Shown one piece after another: positions 49,554-62,421 of a stretch of 64,000 bases of DNA. Position numbers and translations under genes: made by a program. Location of the stretch: NCBI GenBank assembly GCA_977862235.1, contig OZ374560.1:372001-436000 (forward strand), read 5' to 3'. Below the pieces are notes generated by a model that worked only from the letters and a program-made list of their open reading frames with translations, was not told the DNA's origin and searched no databases. This DNA comes from Dudresnaya verticillata. Taxonomy: Eukaryota. The number at the start of each line of letters is the position of its first letter. Position 1 is the stretch's first letter.

Positions 49554-49761
49554 GGTTTCCCACGTGAATTTCTATTTAGCGAGAGTCTTAATGGCGGCTG
49601 TAACCGGGAATAGCTCAATCGAAGCAATGGGGAGCCCGACAGCCAAAATGTCCTGAATGGTTGTGTCCATAACAGTCCATGGTTTTTAACTGTTCTATGA
49701 GTGCAGATATGGCATCAATATGAACATTCATGTATTATTTAATAGAAGCGTAACCCAACGA
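49554..49761 (-). pseudogene. gag: Copia gag, second part
   Basis: Continues the frame broken at CATAG: SLGYASIK..MNVHIDAISALIEQLKTMD..AVGL..ASIE..PVTAAIKTLA..FTWETV. Confidence 0.75.
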
Positions 49762-49766
49762 CATAG

Positions 49767-50410
49767 TGTGGAAGAATGAGCCGCAGCAGAAGTGCTGGCG
49801 CACTGTAAGTCATTTGTGCGCATTAAGGTGTAAGACGCCCGCGCGCATCAAGCTATAAGACGCGCACAAGCACCGTGAGCTGTAAGGGCGATGCGCCTCG
49901 CTGGCGTCTCTGCTGGCACCAAAATTGATGGCAAATTGCCATTGGGTAATTTATTGTGGTCGCTCACGCGGCCCGACGCGGTACTACCACTATTCCATAT
50001 TTATAACTGACAACAGTACAATTAGGTTAATAATGACAGTTAGAATAGCTTAGAATAGCTCATAGGAGGTAAGAGCATTTTCGGCTCTGCATACTTAATA
50101 GGCCCCTGAGTAGCAGGGGCCTCCTGAATATAACCCACGGTGGGTTTCGGGTCTTTACCCTTTTTCTGGAATTCACGGACTCACCGTAACCTCCCTTTCA
50201 GGTGCTTTACGAGCCTTGCCTCCACACGACGGTTGCTCTGTGCGAGCTGGGTGGCGCCGCCCCTTTTCCCCCTTTTCCCTTATGCTCTGTGCCTTTCAAA
50301 GACTCTACCAACCCCTTTTCCCGAGCTACCTAAGCTAGTGTGTTGTGCACCGTCAGGACAGCTGTCCTTACCGGTTGGCTGTTTCTGCCTTGACGGGCCA
50401 TACTACTACA
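49767..50410. mobile_element. Solo LTR, family B (644 bp)
   Basis: TG...CA; TSD CATAG at 49762-49766 and 50411-50415; homologous to 4314-4963. Confidence 0.9.
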
Positions 50411-50415
50411 CATAG

Positions 50416-51261
50416 TGTGGTATAGACGCTATCCGTGAAATGACTCCGTGATCTACGTGAAAATAACCGAGAAATGCGAATTTCAAAGTGACTTCGTGAA
50501 TGCGCACGCCACGATGGCACACGTATTACAGAGCGCATACCGCGCGCGCGCCACGACGGCATACGCATTACAGCACGCATGCGATACGACATCGCTGACA
50601 CCTCCGGACGAATTCCGAGTGGACTTCGTGATCGCGCGCGCCACGATGGCATTCGCATTACAGCGCGCACCCGATACGAAATCGCTGACACCTTCGTGAC
50701 TTTCCCGTTGTTTCCCGCGCGAAACGGCACCGGGGCCCACGAGACACGCGCACCTCCGTATGCATCGCTGGCGCACTTCGCAACCGCCACCATACGTTAG
50801 GCGACCGTTCGTTGGCACCGAGGCCGTTACGAATCATTCGAGTACGAACCGTCTCCCGCGTTGACGCGCATTCGTGCTCACGTAGTACTACTTAGTAGCC
50901 AGTCGTCTGGCACAACCTCCGAGGGTTCCCGATAAGCGACTAGCGCCCGGACCTCGGAGTCTTCGGTAAACGCTTGTTGCTTCGAGTTCGGTGTCTTCGT
51001 CTTCGTGACCGCGGATACGGTCGAGCCTCGCTTTCGATAGCCCCGCGCACCCGGAGTCATCCCCGGTGATCGATCGCTCGAGTTCTCCCTTCCACACACG
51101 AATACGTTGACACCATGGTCCTTCGTGTTGGTCGCTCCGCTCTACCACGCTACCACCCCTTTTCGTTTCTCCGTTAGGCTACGAGGCCATTCGTTAGGCT
51201 CCGAGGCCATTCCTTACAGTGCGAGACTTCCCCGCGTCACCGTGGACTTCGTTATACCACA
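50416..51261 (+). repeat. 5' LTR (846 bp)
   Basis: TGTGGTATA...TATACCACA; near-identical to 61152-61997. Confidence 0.97.
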
Positions 51262-51262
51262 C

Positions 51263-51279
51263 TGGTCTCCCGACCTAGA
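51263..51279 (+). other. Primer-binding site TGGTCTCCCGACCTAGA
   Basis: 1 nt after the LTR; conserved in three families. Confidence 0.9.
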
Positions 51280-51332
51280 ACGTGGTCCCGAAGTTTCGCA
51301 TTTATTCGTAATTCGTTTCTATCCGAGACACG

Positions 51333-53773
51333 ATGTCTCACGCTCCGAGTCGTCCCGATTCGCCGGTACCGAAACCCGATGACGTACCGATTCCGGAGCT
51401 CCCGTTGTTCGACTCGAACGCGAGTGACCGAGAACCGTTTTCTCGCACTCGCGCTTCACGAATAACGGTACCCGATCTTCGCACAGACTCGCGTTCGCAG
51501 GCTCACGGTAGCCAGTCCGACCTTTCGTATACATACAATCCGTTGGAAATCGTTCCCTCGGATACCGTCGATCGACTCTTCTCGGTGAAGGAAGTCTCCG
51601 GTTCAGAACTACGTTTACTCTACGAAGAGGTCATCGATGCGCTTTCTACCGCGTACCGTATCACGCAGCTTTCAATTCGTAATACGCACAATCGAGTTCA
51701 CGAAGAGTTCAACAATCTCCACGCTGGCAAGGGCCGTAGGATCGAAGACTCACTCGAGAGTCTCCGGGATCTCGTCTCGGGAGTCAGCAATCGGTTTCTC
51801 GTGCTCAAGCGCAACGTATCCGCCCCCGTGGGCAAGGCGAGTCACTCGCTTCCCGTTCGCAGCTCGCACGCATTCTCCGAGGAACAGTTGAACGCTATTC
51901 GTGACATCGTGTCCGCAGTGTTACCGAAGTCTCGAAGTCGCGAAGATCATTCCGAAGCCCGTCCTGACTCCCGCAATTTGCCGCTAGTTCAACCCGTGCA
52001 AGGCCCAGGTGCCCAATCTACGTTACCGAAAAACACGTATCCGAATCCGTCCCCGCACCCTTTATCGCACCAGGCAACCGATGGCTCCGACAACCCCCGT
52101 ATCAACCCCGCAGTATTCCGAGATTCGCTTCAACCACCGATGTCCCCCGGAGGACCCGTAATCGAAAATCCGTTAGCGCTCGCGGGACCCGTGTCATCGT
52201 TCTGGCACTGGGGCCCGCTCGAGCTGGGCTTCGAACCGATACCGACGCTCATTCCCGAATTCGCGCGGGCCGTAAGCTATCGATCGTATCGACTCACGAA
52301 TTCGTCACCTCGGGATAATCAACACAAAGTATTCCGAGGTAACACGTCGAAAACCGTTTCACGCATGCGTTCGATGATGCCGAGACTCGAGGAGTTTACG
52401 GGACGCGACCCGATTAAGGTTCTCGCATTTCTTCGTGATATTCGACAAGCGCTGAACGGAGTCGGGCTCACCGAAGGAGCAGCAGTTCGTACGATTTCGT
52501 GGTTTCTCGATGAGACCGCGCTCAAGGTGTATCAACACTATGCCTTCGGAGGCGTTCGTACGGGCAACCCGGTTTGCTGGTCCGCGATCGTGAACGTGTT
52601 ACTACAGCGATTTCTCACGGAAGACGTAATCGCAGACGCACACGATCGCGTGATAACCGCGAAGCAGAAGTCCGATGAAACCGAGATGGAGTTCGCGACT
52701 CGTTTGCAAGGCTACGCGGATGTCTGCTCCGGTGTCTACGATGACTCTCCGTTAACGCACCAGTTTATTCGTGGATTACTACCTACTGCGTATCCTATCG
52801 TGGCAGACCAGGTTCGCCGTTTACCGCTGTCCGAGCAGAAGAATTTTATGAGCGTGCAACGAATCGCGCAAGCCGAAGGCACGACATTCCGAGCTCGCGA
52901 ACTACGTGACACCGCGGCCCAACAGTCGCGTGATTCGAAGAACCGAGTGTCTCCTACGTACCCGAAGAGTCGCCAAGCGCCCGGACGCACGATGCTTATC
53001 GAAGCTTGCGACACTCCCGGGGGTGAATACGAGTACCCGATGAACGAAGACCCGCAAATAGCCGTGATGACGATTCGTTCAGGAACCGGGTCCACATCCG
53101 CTACACCAACTACTTCGACAACGGTCTCCGTGGAGATCTCACGAGTCGCATCGAGCGTTTCGTACCCGCGCGTGTCCCCCCGATGACCCCGGAGCAAATC
53201 GAGATGGCGCGTTCGATGATATCGAAGAACCAAGATGCGTGGCCGTGTTGGTTCTGTCGCGAAATCGGTCACCTCATGTATTCGTGTCCGAATCTCACGA
53301 AGGAGCAACAACTCTATTGCGCGTAACCGAACTTCTTGTACCAACTCGAGACGAGACCGTATACGCGTAATAACTTCGTGAATCGCGGCGCATCAAGAGG
53401 GAATTCGTTCGCGTCCGTTGACAATCGAGGTCACCGTGGACAAGACTCCCGAGGATCACGTGACAATCGCGTAAACCGAGATCTTCGTCAAGGCGATACG
53501 CGCTACCCGAGGGACCGAGCCCAGCGTCAAGTCAGCTTCGAGCGTCGAGGACCGCCGACCGTCCTCCGCAATCCGAGACACGCGCAGGCCCCGGGCCGTC
53601 AACCGGTTCTCGCAGTCCGTGAAAACGTTGACGCGATTGAGCCGAGTCACCCGAACCTGCCCTCGGAGGCTTACGAAGACTCCGCGAACAACGGAAGAGG
53701 TGATCGATCAACCTCCCCATTGGACGCGGACGCTCGCAATTCGGATTCTAGCTCGAGTTCGGAAAACGAGTAA
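51333..53773 (+). pseudogene. gag: gag with CCHC knuckle (CWFCREIGHLMYSC); frameshift near 53130 and one internal stop
   Basis: 617-aa ORF 51333-53186, knuckle in another frame at ~53243-53290, tail ORF 53336-53773. Confidence 0.9.
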
Positions 53774-56700
53774 AGGCGAAGACGCCCGTTGTGTCACGTA
53801 CTTCGTCTGAATCCGTTCCCCGAGACACACCGCGTATTCCGATTCCGAGAGCCGCTACGATGCGAAGGAAGCGCGCTGCACGACGACGAGACCGAAAGCG
53901 ATGTCGAGTCCTCGCGAAAGACGCTTCGTGCGAAAACAATTCGAAGACGAAACCGATCTCGAAGACCGAACCCGAAGTTACCACCGAGGGATACGTTTGC
54001 TTAATGACTTCGGAGATCTTCCTCGTGACCGGATCCATTGGCCTCGATGCCTCCGTAATGACGCCGCATACGATTGCAGTCGATACGTGTTCAGGTTACA
54101 ACCTAATAGCCCGGGCTGCGTTACCCACCGGTTGGGAAGCGAACGCGTCCACGATGGAATCAGCTCCAATGCTCGCGTCTGCTAATCGCACCCCGTTGCG
54201 ACTCAATGGTATCGTTTACCTGACAGTCCGCCTTGGGAACGTTCGATACCGCGTACCCTTCGTGGTTGCGGAGAAACTCGCAGTCGACGTTCTCCTTGGA
54301 ACTTCGTGGATGGACGCGCATTTACGAAGCATCGAGCTCAGCCCACGGAGGCTCATCACGAAGAGTAGAACCACGATTCCGATTATCAACCGCATTGCTG
54401 GATCGGCTCCGCCCGCTACTAATTCGAAAAATCCGAAGCAGAAATTCGAGAAAACGCTATCGAAGCGACATCAACGCGAGCTCCACGATTGGGACCGAGA
54501 CACCCGTACCATTCGTTTGAACCGCCGCGTCACCATACCGAGTTATTCGCAGAAGCTAGTCACCGTGACCTCGGAAGCACTCGAACTAATTCATATCGAA
54601 CCGAAGCCTTCGTTTCAACACCGAAACGGAGTACGGTTAACGAACGGGATAAACGAAGTCAGTCCGAATCGCGCGTTTTCGGTGTTGATGGCGAACTTTA
54701 CGGATAAGCTTCGAGCTCTACCAAAGGGGACCGTCATTGGATGCGCGGCTCGAAACCCGCTCGCGATTTTGACACCCGATCGCGAAGTAGCGGATTCGTT
54801 TGCCAAGGTGCTCAACATCTCTACGCTACGTGAGCACGACGACTCGAAGTCACCCGAAGAATCCGTATCCACGAAGGAAAAAGCCGCTCACGAAGGGCGC
54901 CGCGATGGCGGCAGCCGAAGCCAATTCGAGTTCCTGCGATTGGGAAGAACGCATAGACCTTTAGAATATACCCGATAAAACTATGCGAAACGAGGTACTC
55001 GAGATGCTACGTAAGCACGAATCGATGTGGAACGGAGACCTCGGAACGATCGCAGCCACGGAGCATTGGATAGATCTACAACCCGGGACTCGACCTATTC
55101 GTTCGATACCCTACCGTCAAGGGCCCGCAATACGTGAAATCGTCCGTAACGAAATCGACAGTATGCTCGAAGCCGGAGTAATCGAACCAGCCACCTCGCA
55201 GTGGGCGTCCCCCGTAGTCCTCGCACCGAAGAAAGACGGAACAATTCGGTTTTGCGTAGATTACCGAAGACTCAATACGAAGACACTATCCGACGCGTAC
55301 CCGCTTCCCCGGATGGAAGATTGTATCGATTCACTCGGAGACGCTTCGATTTTCTCGACACTCGATTGTAACAGCGGGTACTGGCAGATTCCGGTTGCCC
55401 CGGAAGACCGCGACAATACTACGTTTACTTCGTTTCTCGGAACTTATCGACATCTTCGTATGCCCTTCAGTTTGAAAAACGCGCCCGTTACGTTTCAACG
55501 TGCACTCGATATCATTCTATCCGGAGTGCGTTGGCAGTGCTGTCTCGTTTACCTCGATGATGTGATCGTTTTCTCCGCAAATCTTCGTGAACACATCGCG
55601 CATCTCGATCAAGTCCTCACGCGTCTTCGTAACTCCGGGGTTTCGCTCAAAATGAAGAAGTGCTTCCTTTTCCGCAAGCGAGTCGACTATCTCGGACACG
55701 TAATTTCCCCGGGAAAGCTGAGAATGGCCGAGAAGAGCTCCGAGGCATTCCGATACGCGACGTTCCCGAAGACCCTCACGCAAGTTCGTTCGTTCCTCGG
55801 CGCGTGTAACGTATACCGAAGATTCGTGAAAGACTTCGCGAAAATTGCGCGCCCGTTGACGAACATGACACGAAAGGACGCGGATCCTGACTACTAGAAC
55901 CCCACGGAGGATCAGGTTACCGCATTCGAAACGCTCAAACGGAAGCTCGTATCACCGCCGATACTCCGGTTACTGCAACTCGGGAAACGCTACATCATCG
56001 ATACGGACGCGTCTGCGTATCAACTCGGGTGCGCGTTGCTACAGGAGGAAGATAAAGAAGAGTTCCAACCGGTAGGCTACTGGTCTTATTAGTTAAAAGA
56101 CGCCGAGAAGAACTACTCCGCAACCAAGCGCGAATGCTACACAGTGGTATGGGCGGTTACTTCGTTACGTCCGTATATCGAAGGGACCCGGTTCACCGTG
56201 CGTACGGACCACGACGCGCTCCGCTGGCTTCTTCCTCTCACCGATTCGTCCGGGCGACGCACTCGATGGAGGCTTCGCTTAGCCGAATTCGACTTCGAAA
56301 TCGTGTATCACCCTGGTCGCGTCCACCAGATTCCCGATGCCCTCTCGCGATTGCTACTTCCGCATCGCGAACAACCCGCAATCTACGACGAAGTGCCTAC
56401 GTTTGACTCGGATCAAAACGCCGCAAACCACGAAGCACGCTTCCGAAACGACGTCGCGAAAACTATCGAAAACGCAAGAGACCCGGTTCTCATCACTACG
56501 CGATCTCACAAACGTCAATCAAACGTTACCACGATTCACCACGACTCCACGAGGACGACCACGCCCGCAAAACGGGTAATTCGAGCCGGCACTACGCAAC
56601 GACCCACGGAGGGCCCGAAAAATAACGCAGCTCAGCATCCGCAAAGCCACGAAGGCTGCGCCCACGCACACGACGAAGCATTACGTGATGAATACGCAGT

Positions 56701-59700
56701 ACAAAACGAGGTCTACGATGACTGCGATTTATGGGACGATATCGATGACGATGATCCGTTTGACCTTTATCGAATCGATCCTAACAAAGAACCGCGTGAC
56801 CTAACCGATGTCAAACCCGTAGACCTACCCGCGCCGATTACCGTATCCGAGATCCTCGAGGGACAACGTATTGATTCGTTCTGCCAAACGGTTCAAGCAC
56901 GACAATCGAAAACAAATGATAGTCTCTTTCACGAAGATGGAGACGGTCTCCTGTCTCCTTTGTTTCTCGGAACTTATCGTTATCTTCGTATGCCCTTCGG
57001 ATTGAAAAACGCGCCCGCTACGTTTCAACGCGCACTCGACATCATTCTATCCGGAGTCCGTTGGCAGTGCTGTCTCGTTTACCTCGATGACGTGATCGTT
57101 TTCTCCGCGAATCTTCGTGAACACATCGCGCATCTCTATCAAGTTCTCACGCTACTTCGTAACTCCGGAGTTTCGCTCAAGATGAAGAAGTGCTTCCTTT
57201 TCCGAAAGCGAGTCGACTATCTCGAGCACGTAATTTCCCCGGGGAACCTGAGTATGGCCGAGAAGAGCTCCGAAGCATTCCGATACGCGAAGTTCCCGAA
57301 GACACTCACGCAAGTCCGTTCGTTCCTTGGCGCGTGTAACGTATACCGAAGATTCGTGAAAGACTTCGCGAAAATTGCGCGACCATTGACGAACATGACG
57401 CGAAAGGACGCGGATCCCGACTACGAGAACCCCACGGAGGATCAGGTTACCGCATTCGAAACGCTCAAACGGAAGCTCGTGTCACCGCCGATACTGAGGT
57501 TACCGCAACTCGGGAAACGTTACATTATCGATACGGACGCGTCTGCGTATCAACTCGGATGCGCATTGCTACAGGAGCAAGATAACGAAGAATTCCAACC
57601 CGTGGGCTACTGGTCGTATTCGTTAAACGATGCCGAGAAGAACTACTCCGCAACCGAGCGCGAATGCTACGCAGTGGTATGGGCGGTTACTTCGTTGCGT
57701 CCGTATATCGAAGGGACCCGGTTCACCGTGCGTACGGACCACGATGCGCTCCGATGGCTTCTTTCCCTTACCGATTCGTCCGGGCGACTCACGCGATGGA
57801 GGCTTCGCTTAGCTGAATTCGACTTCGAAATCGTGTATCGCCCTGGTCGCGTCCACCAGATTCCCGACGCCCTCTCGCGATTGCTACTTCCGCATTGCGA
57901 ACAACCCGCAATCGACGACGAAGTTCCTACGTTTGACTCGGATCAAATCGCAGCGAAGAACGAAGAACGTTTCCGCAACGACATCACGACACCCATCGCA
58001 AACGAAAGAGACCCGGTTATCATTACTACGCGATCCCGCAAACGTCAATCGAAGCCCACCGCGATTCGCCACGACCCTACGCGAAAGACTACTCCCGCGA
58101 AACGCGTACATCGAGCAGGCAATATGCCACGACCCACGGAGGTCACCACGGGTTCCGAACCCCACAATCATACGTGCCACGAAGGCTGCGAACACGAACA
58201 CGACGCAGAACTACGCGATGAATACACAGGATAAAAGGATGTCTACGATGACTGCGACTTATGGGACGATATCGATGACGATGATCCGTTTGACCTTTAT
58301 CGAATTGACCCCAACGAAGAACCGAGTGACCTCACCGACGTGAAACCCGTGGACCTACCTGCGCCTATTACGGTAACCGAAATCCTCGAAGGACAACGTA
58401 TTGATTCGTTCTGCCAAACGGTGCCATCACGACAATCGAAAAAGGATAGTCTCGAAGATGGAGACGGTCTCCTGCGACGAACGCAACCAACGATTCCGAA
58501 GCTAACGCAAATCGTATTGCCCGAGACGCTCCGACCTCGCTTGCTCACGCTGGCGCATCATTTGTTACTCGCTGGCCACCCGGGGCAAAATCGTATGTTC
58601 TACTCGCTTCGCGAAACGTATTACTGGCCTTACATGGCAGCCGATATCGCATCCACGGTTCGCAATTGCAAACATTGCGCAAGGAATCGAATCCATCTCC
58701 GAAGGAATCTTCATCGCTTGAGGCTCTTCCCCGCTACGCGCCCACTTGAATCGGTCGCGATTGACATCTTAGGCCCGTTGCCACGAACGAAATCCGGACG
58801 CAAGTTCATCCTCGTGATTACGGATCGCTTTACGAAGTTGACCCAGGTGGCCACACTACGAGTAATAACCGCGTATCACGTGGCCGTTTCCTTTTGCGAA
58901 GTTTGGATATTCTAGTATGGACCGCCACCCTCGGTGCTCTCGGATAACGGGAAACAGTTTACTTCGAAGTTCTTTCAGGGCGTCTGTCGCTTACTCGGGT
59001 TATCGAACGTATTCACTTCCGCGTATCATCCGCAAACGAATGGACAAACCGAACGCTATAACCGCACTATCCTCGCGATGCTTCGTAACTACGTGAACGA
59101 CCACCAAAACGATTGGGACCGCTACATTTCCGCGTTAACGTATTCGTACAATTGCCACGTTCATCGGTCTACAAAGACAACTCCGTTCAATCTCGTTTTA
59201 TCGCGACCGCCACCCGAGTTCACCGTGAAACATCGCTCGCGAAAGCATCGGCCAAAACCCATGGAGGACCTTCGCAACGATTTCGTGAAGCGACTCGATT
59301 TCGCAATCGACTCGCACGCACTTCGTTACAGCGAGTTCAGAATCGTTACAAACGCGACTTCGATAAGCGCATCCGCGACACAAAGAACCGCGTCAAACCC
59401 AGAGACTACGTGTTCCTCGATACCCACGATGGGAAAACAAAACTTCCGAAGTTGAAATCCCCCACGAAGGGGCCATAAAAAGTGCTCTTCAACGATACGC
59501 GTACACTCGTGATCGATCGCAAGGGCCTCGTTGAACGCGTCTCCGCGGACCGCTGCATCTACGCGCCACCACCTACGAATTCGCGACCGTCGATTACGCG
59601 ACCCGAAGACATTGCGGAAAAGGTCACCGAAGGCCCCGAATACGTTGCCGATAGCATCCTCGATCACTCGACCGACGACGCCGGAAAATTCGTGTTTCGT

Positions 59701-59904
59701 ATCAAGTGGGACGGCTACGCGACGCCTACGTGGGAACCTCGTACGCACGTGCCCGAAGAACTCGTTTCGCGCTACTTCGCAAGGCTTCGACGCCAAGCGG
59801 ACCCGCGTGATCCCGTGCTACTCGGCCACGAATGGCTCTCCGACTGGGACCCCGAGTGGTTCCGTGGCCCCGACTTCGTGCTCCGCAATTCATCGCACGA
59901 TTAA
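53761..59904 (+). pseudogene. pol: pol: protease, RT, RNase H (duplicated), integrase, chromodomain
   Basis: IAVDTCSGYN; CLVYLDD twice; IDTDAS...ERECYAVVW; GHPG/CKHC/SDNG/HPQTNGQTER; EYVADSILDH...FRIKWDGY...TWEP; several stops and frameshifts. Confidence 0.95.
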
Positions 59905-60405
59905 CGCTCCCGCTCACCCGGATTGCGCGTCGCACCGTGCTCACCACTCGAAAGGCCCCGGAGCCGCACTCCGCTTTCTCCAACCACGTGCTGACTACGA
60001 AGCTGCTCATTTCGGTTGCCTCGGAGCATCCGATCGCCCAGTGCAGCTCGGCGCACATCGCGGCCCAACTTCGCGCTACTCGACATCGCGGCCCAACTCC
60101 GTGACTCGACTCCGTATTTCACGACGCGCCTTCGCCGCGCACGACCACAGCCCCGACACACACGGATGCCTCGGAGCAGATGGCCGCCACCCCGCACATG
60201 ACAACGCAACCCTCGGCGGCATCACGAAGCCCACTCCGCATCACCGTGTCCGCAAGCGCCGATGTCCACACGAAGTCGCTTCTCACGCAGTCGGAAGCGT
60301 TCCGTTTCGCGACGGGTGCGCCCACCGCTGCGGCGGTGGACACACACTGCGTCCCACGAGCTTCGTGATATTCGACAAAGGCGCACCGCGCGCACCCGGT
60401 TGCAC

Positions 60406-60565
60406 CGCGGCACTCGCATTACAGGAGCTGACACCGCGACGAACGGACACGGTGACCTATACGTAACTTGTCATACGCGCCTGACGCGGCACTCGCATTA
60501 CAGGAGCTGACACCGCGACGCACGGACACGGTGACCTATACGTAACTTGTCATACGCGCCTGACG
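60406..60565 (+). repeat. 79-bp tandem repeat x2 in the Gypsy 3' UTR
   Basis: Units start at 60406 and 60485, one mismatch. Confidence 0.9.
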
Positions 60566-61139
60566 TATGATCATACTTCGAGCCCGATGCCACCCACCAC
60601 GCGCACTTCGACTTCGTAACCCACGCCTCACATGCGACACGGAGCTCACCTGTTACGACGCACCTTCGTAACGACCACGGAGTCTCTCGTATGGCCTCGG
60701 CGCCCCATTACGCATACGTTCCGCCCGCACCGATGCGCCCCCGAAGCAGCTCGCCCGCCCGCAGCATCCCCGAAGCTCACGCGACTTGCCCTGCGCGATC
60801 ATCGCAACACCCGCACAGCTCCCCGAGGAGCACATATCCGGAACCCACCCCCCAAGCACGTTGGCGCGGACGCCTTCGTCTTGAGGAGGGGGCCGTGCAT
60901 GTGAAATTCCGCAGTCTCGATGACGCCGCCATTCGAGAACCGAAGCTGCGATTACGAATCCGTTTTGTCTCCGTGATTCCCGAGGTCTTCGCGGACTCCG
61001 AGGTCCAAGTCAATCGCGATTCGCACCTCTCGGTTTGTCGCGGTCGCACCATATCGAAATCCAGCGCGTCGTATTGCATCGTTTGCACGCAGGCCACGCC
61101 AATTCGTAAATCCGTAACCCGCGACCGGGACGTTCACTC

Positions 61140-61151
61140 TTGAGGGGGCCG
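61140..61151 (+). other. Polypurine tract TTGAGGGGGCCG
   Basis: Immediately upstream of the 3' LTR. Confidence 0.85.
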
Positions 61152-61997
61152 TGTGGTATAGATGCTATCCGTGAAATGACTCCGTGATCTACGTGAAAAT
61201 AACCGAGAAATGCGAATTTCAAAGTGACTTCGTGAATGCGCACGCCACGATGGCACACGTATTACAGAGCGCATACCGCGCGCGCGCCACGACGGCATAC
61301 GCATTACAGCACGCATGCGATACGACATCGCTGACACCTCCGGACGAATTCCGAGTGGACTTCGTGATCGCGCGCGCCACGATGGCATTCGCATTACAGC
61401 GCGCACCCGATACGAAATCGCTGACACCTTCGTGACTTTCCCGTTGTTTCCCGCGCGAAACGGCACCGGGGCCCACGAGACACGCGCACCTCCGTATGCA
61501 TCGCTGGCGCACTTCGCAACCGCCACCATACGTTAGGCGACCGTTCGTTGGCACTGAGGCCGTTACGAATCATTCGAGTACGAACCATCTCCCGCGTTGA
61601 CGCGCATTCGTGCTCACGAAGTACTACTTAGTAGCCAGTCGTCTGGCACAACCTCCGAGGGTTCCCGATAAGCGACTAGCGCCCGGACCTCGGAGTCTTC
61701 GGTAAACGCTTGTTGCTTCGAGTTCGGTGTCTTCGTCTTCGTGACCGCGGATACGGTCGAGCCTCGCTTTCGATAGCCCCGCGCACCCGGAGTCATCCCC
61801 GGTGATCGATCGCTCGAGTTCTCCCTTCCACACACGAATACGTTGACACCGTGGTCCTTCGTGTTGGTCGCTCCGCTCTACCACGCTACCACCCCTTTTC
61901 GTTTCTCCGTTAGGCTACGAGGCCATTCGTTAGGCTCCGAGGCCATTCCTTACAGTGCGAGACTTCCCCGCGTCACCGTGGACTTCGTTATACCACA
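61152..61997 (+). repeat. 3' LTR (846 bp)
   Basis: Near-identical to the 5' LTR; followed by CATAG. Confidence 0.97.
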
Positions 61998-62002
61998 CAT
62001 AG

Positions 62003-62336
62003 GCTCTGACCGCTTGCAGATCCGTGAAGCTGTGGTCTTGGAAGCATATCGATCGTCCAGTTTTTCGATCATCTTCTAAGGGTTTCGAACAACAGAACGA
62101 ACCACTCGAAGGGGCATGTCTCATAAGTCCTTCATTCATCAGCTCATGATGAAATTGCTTGATTGACGCTGCGCTTTTGGAAAATCTTCTTCTGCAACAT
62201 ATTCAGGCCGATCTTCGACTGAATGTGCGACTGACAAGTTCTTGGCATCACAGGCTGCCTCAATTCGAATCTTCCACAGGGAATAGTCGGACTTGTCATC
62301 CAACTGCTTCACTTTGAGCTTGTCCGAGTCCGCCAT
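62003..62336 (-). pseudogene. gag: Copia gag, first part
   Basis: MADSDKLKVKQLDDKSDYSLWKIRIEAAC... then ...KMIEKLDDRYASKTTASRI; starts ~70 nt after the PBS. Confidence 0.8.
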
Positions 62337-62407
62337 GCTTTACAGGGAAGTTCAATGTCCTAGATGCACGACGCGTTCCTGAAATGGAAGCACTTATTCG
62401 ATCCTGT

Positions 62408-62421
62408 TGGGCCCCATAACC
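62408..62421 (-). other. Copia PBS GGTTATGGGGCCCA (internal initiator-tRNA-Met type)
   Basis: Directly follows the LTR end; resembles the GGTTATGGGCCC PBS of copia-type elements. Confidence 0.8.

Larger units (their letters stand above)
50416..61997 (+). mobile_element. Full-length young chromodomain Gypsy (family A, 11.6 kb) with internal RT/RNase H duplication
   Basis: Two 846-bp LTRs with about five visible differences; TSD CATAG; PBS, gag, PR-RT-RH-INT-chromo, PPT. Confidence 0.97.

Noticed and set aside
59531..61143. 311-aa and 150-aa ORFs after the integrase as an env-like or extra gene
   Set aside because: Off-frame overlap with the chromodomain and GC-rich 3' UTR; no transmembrane or other motif
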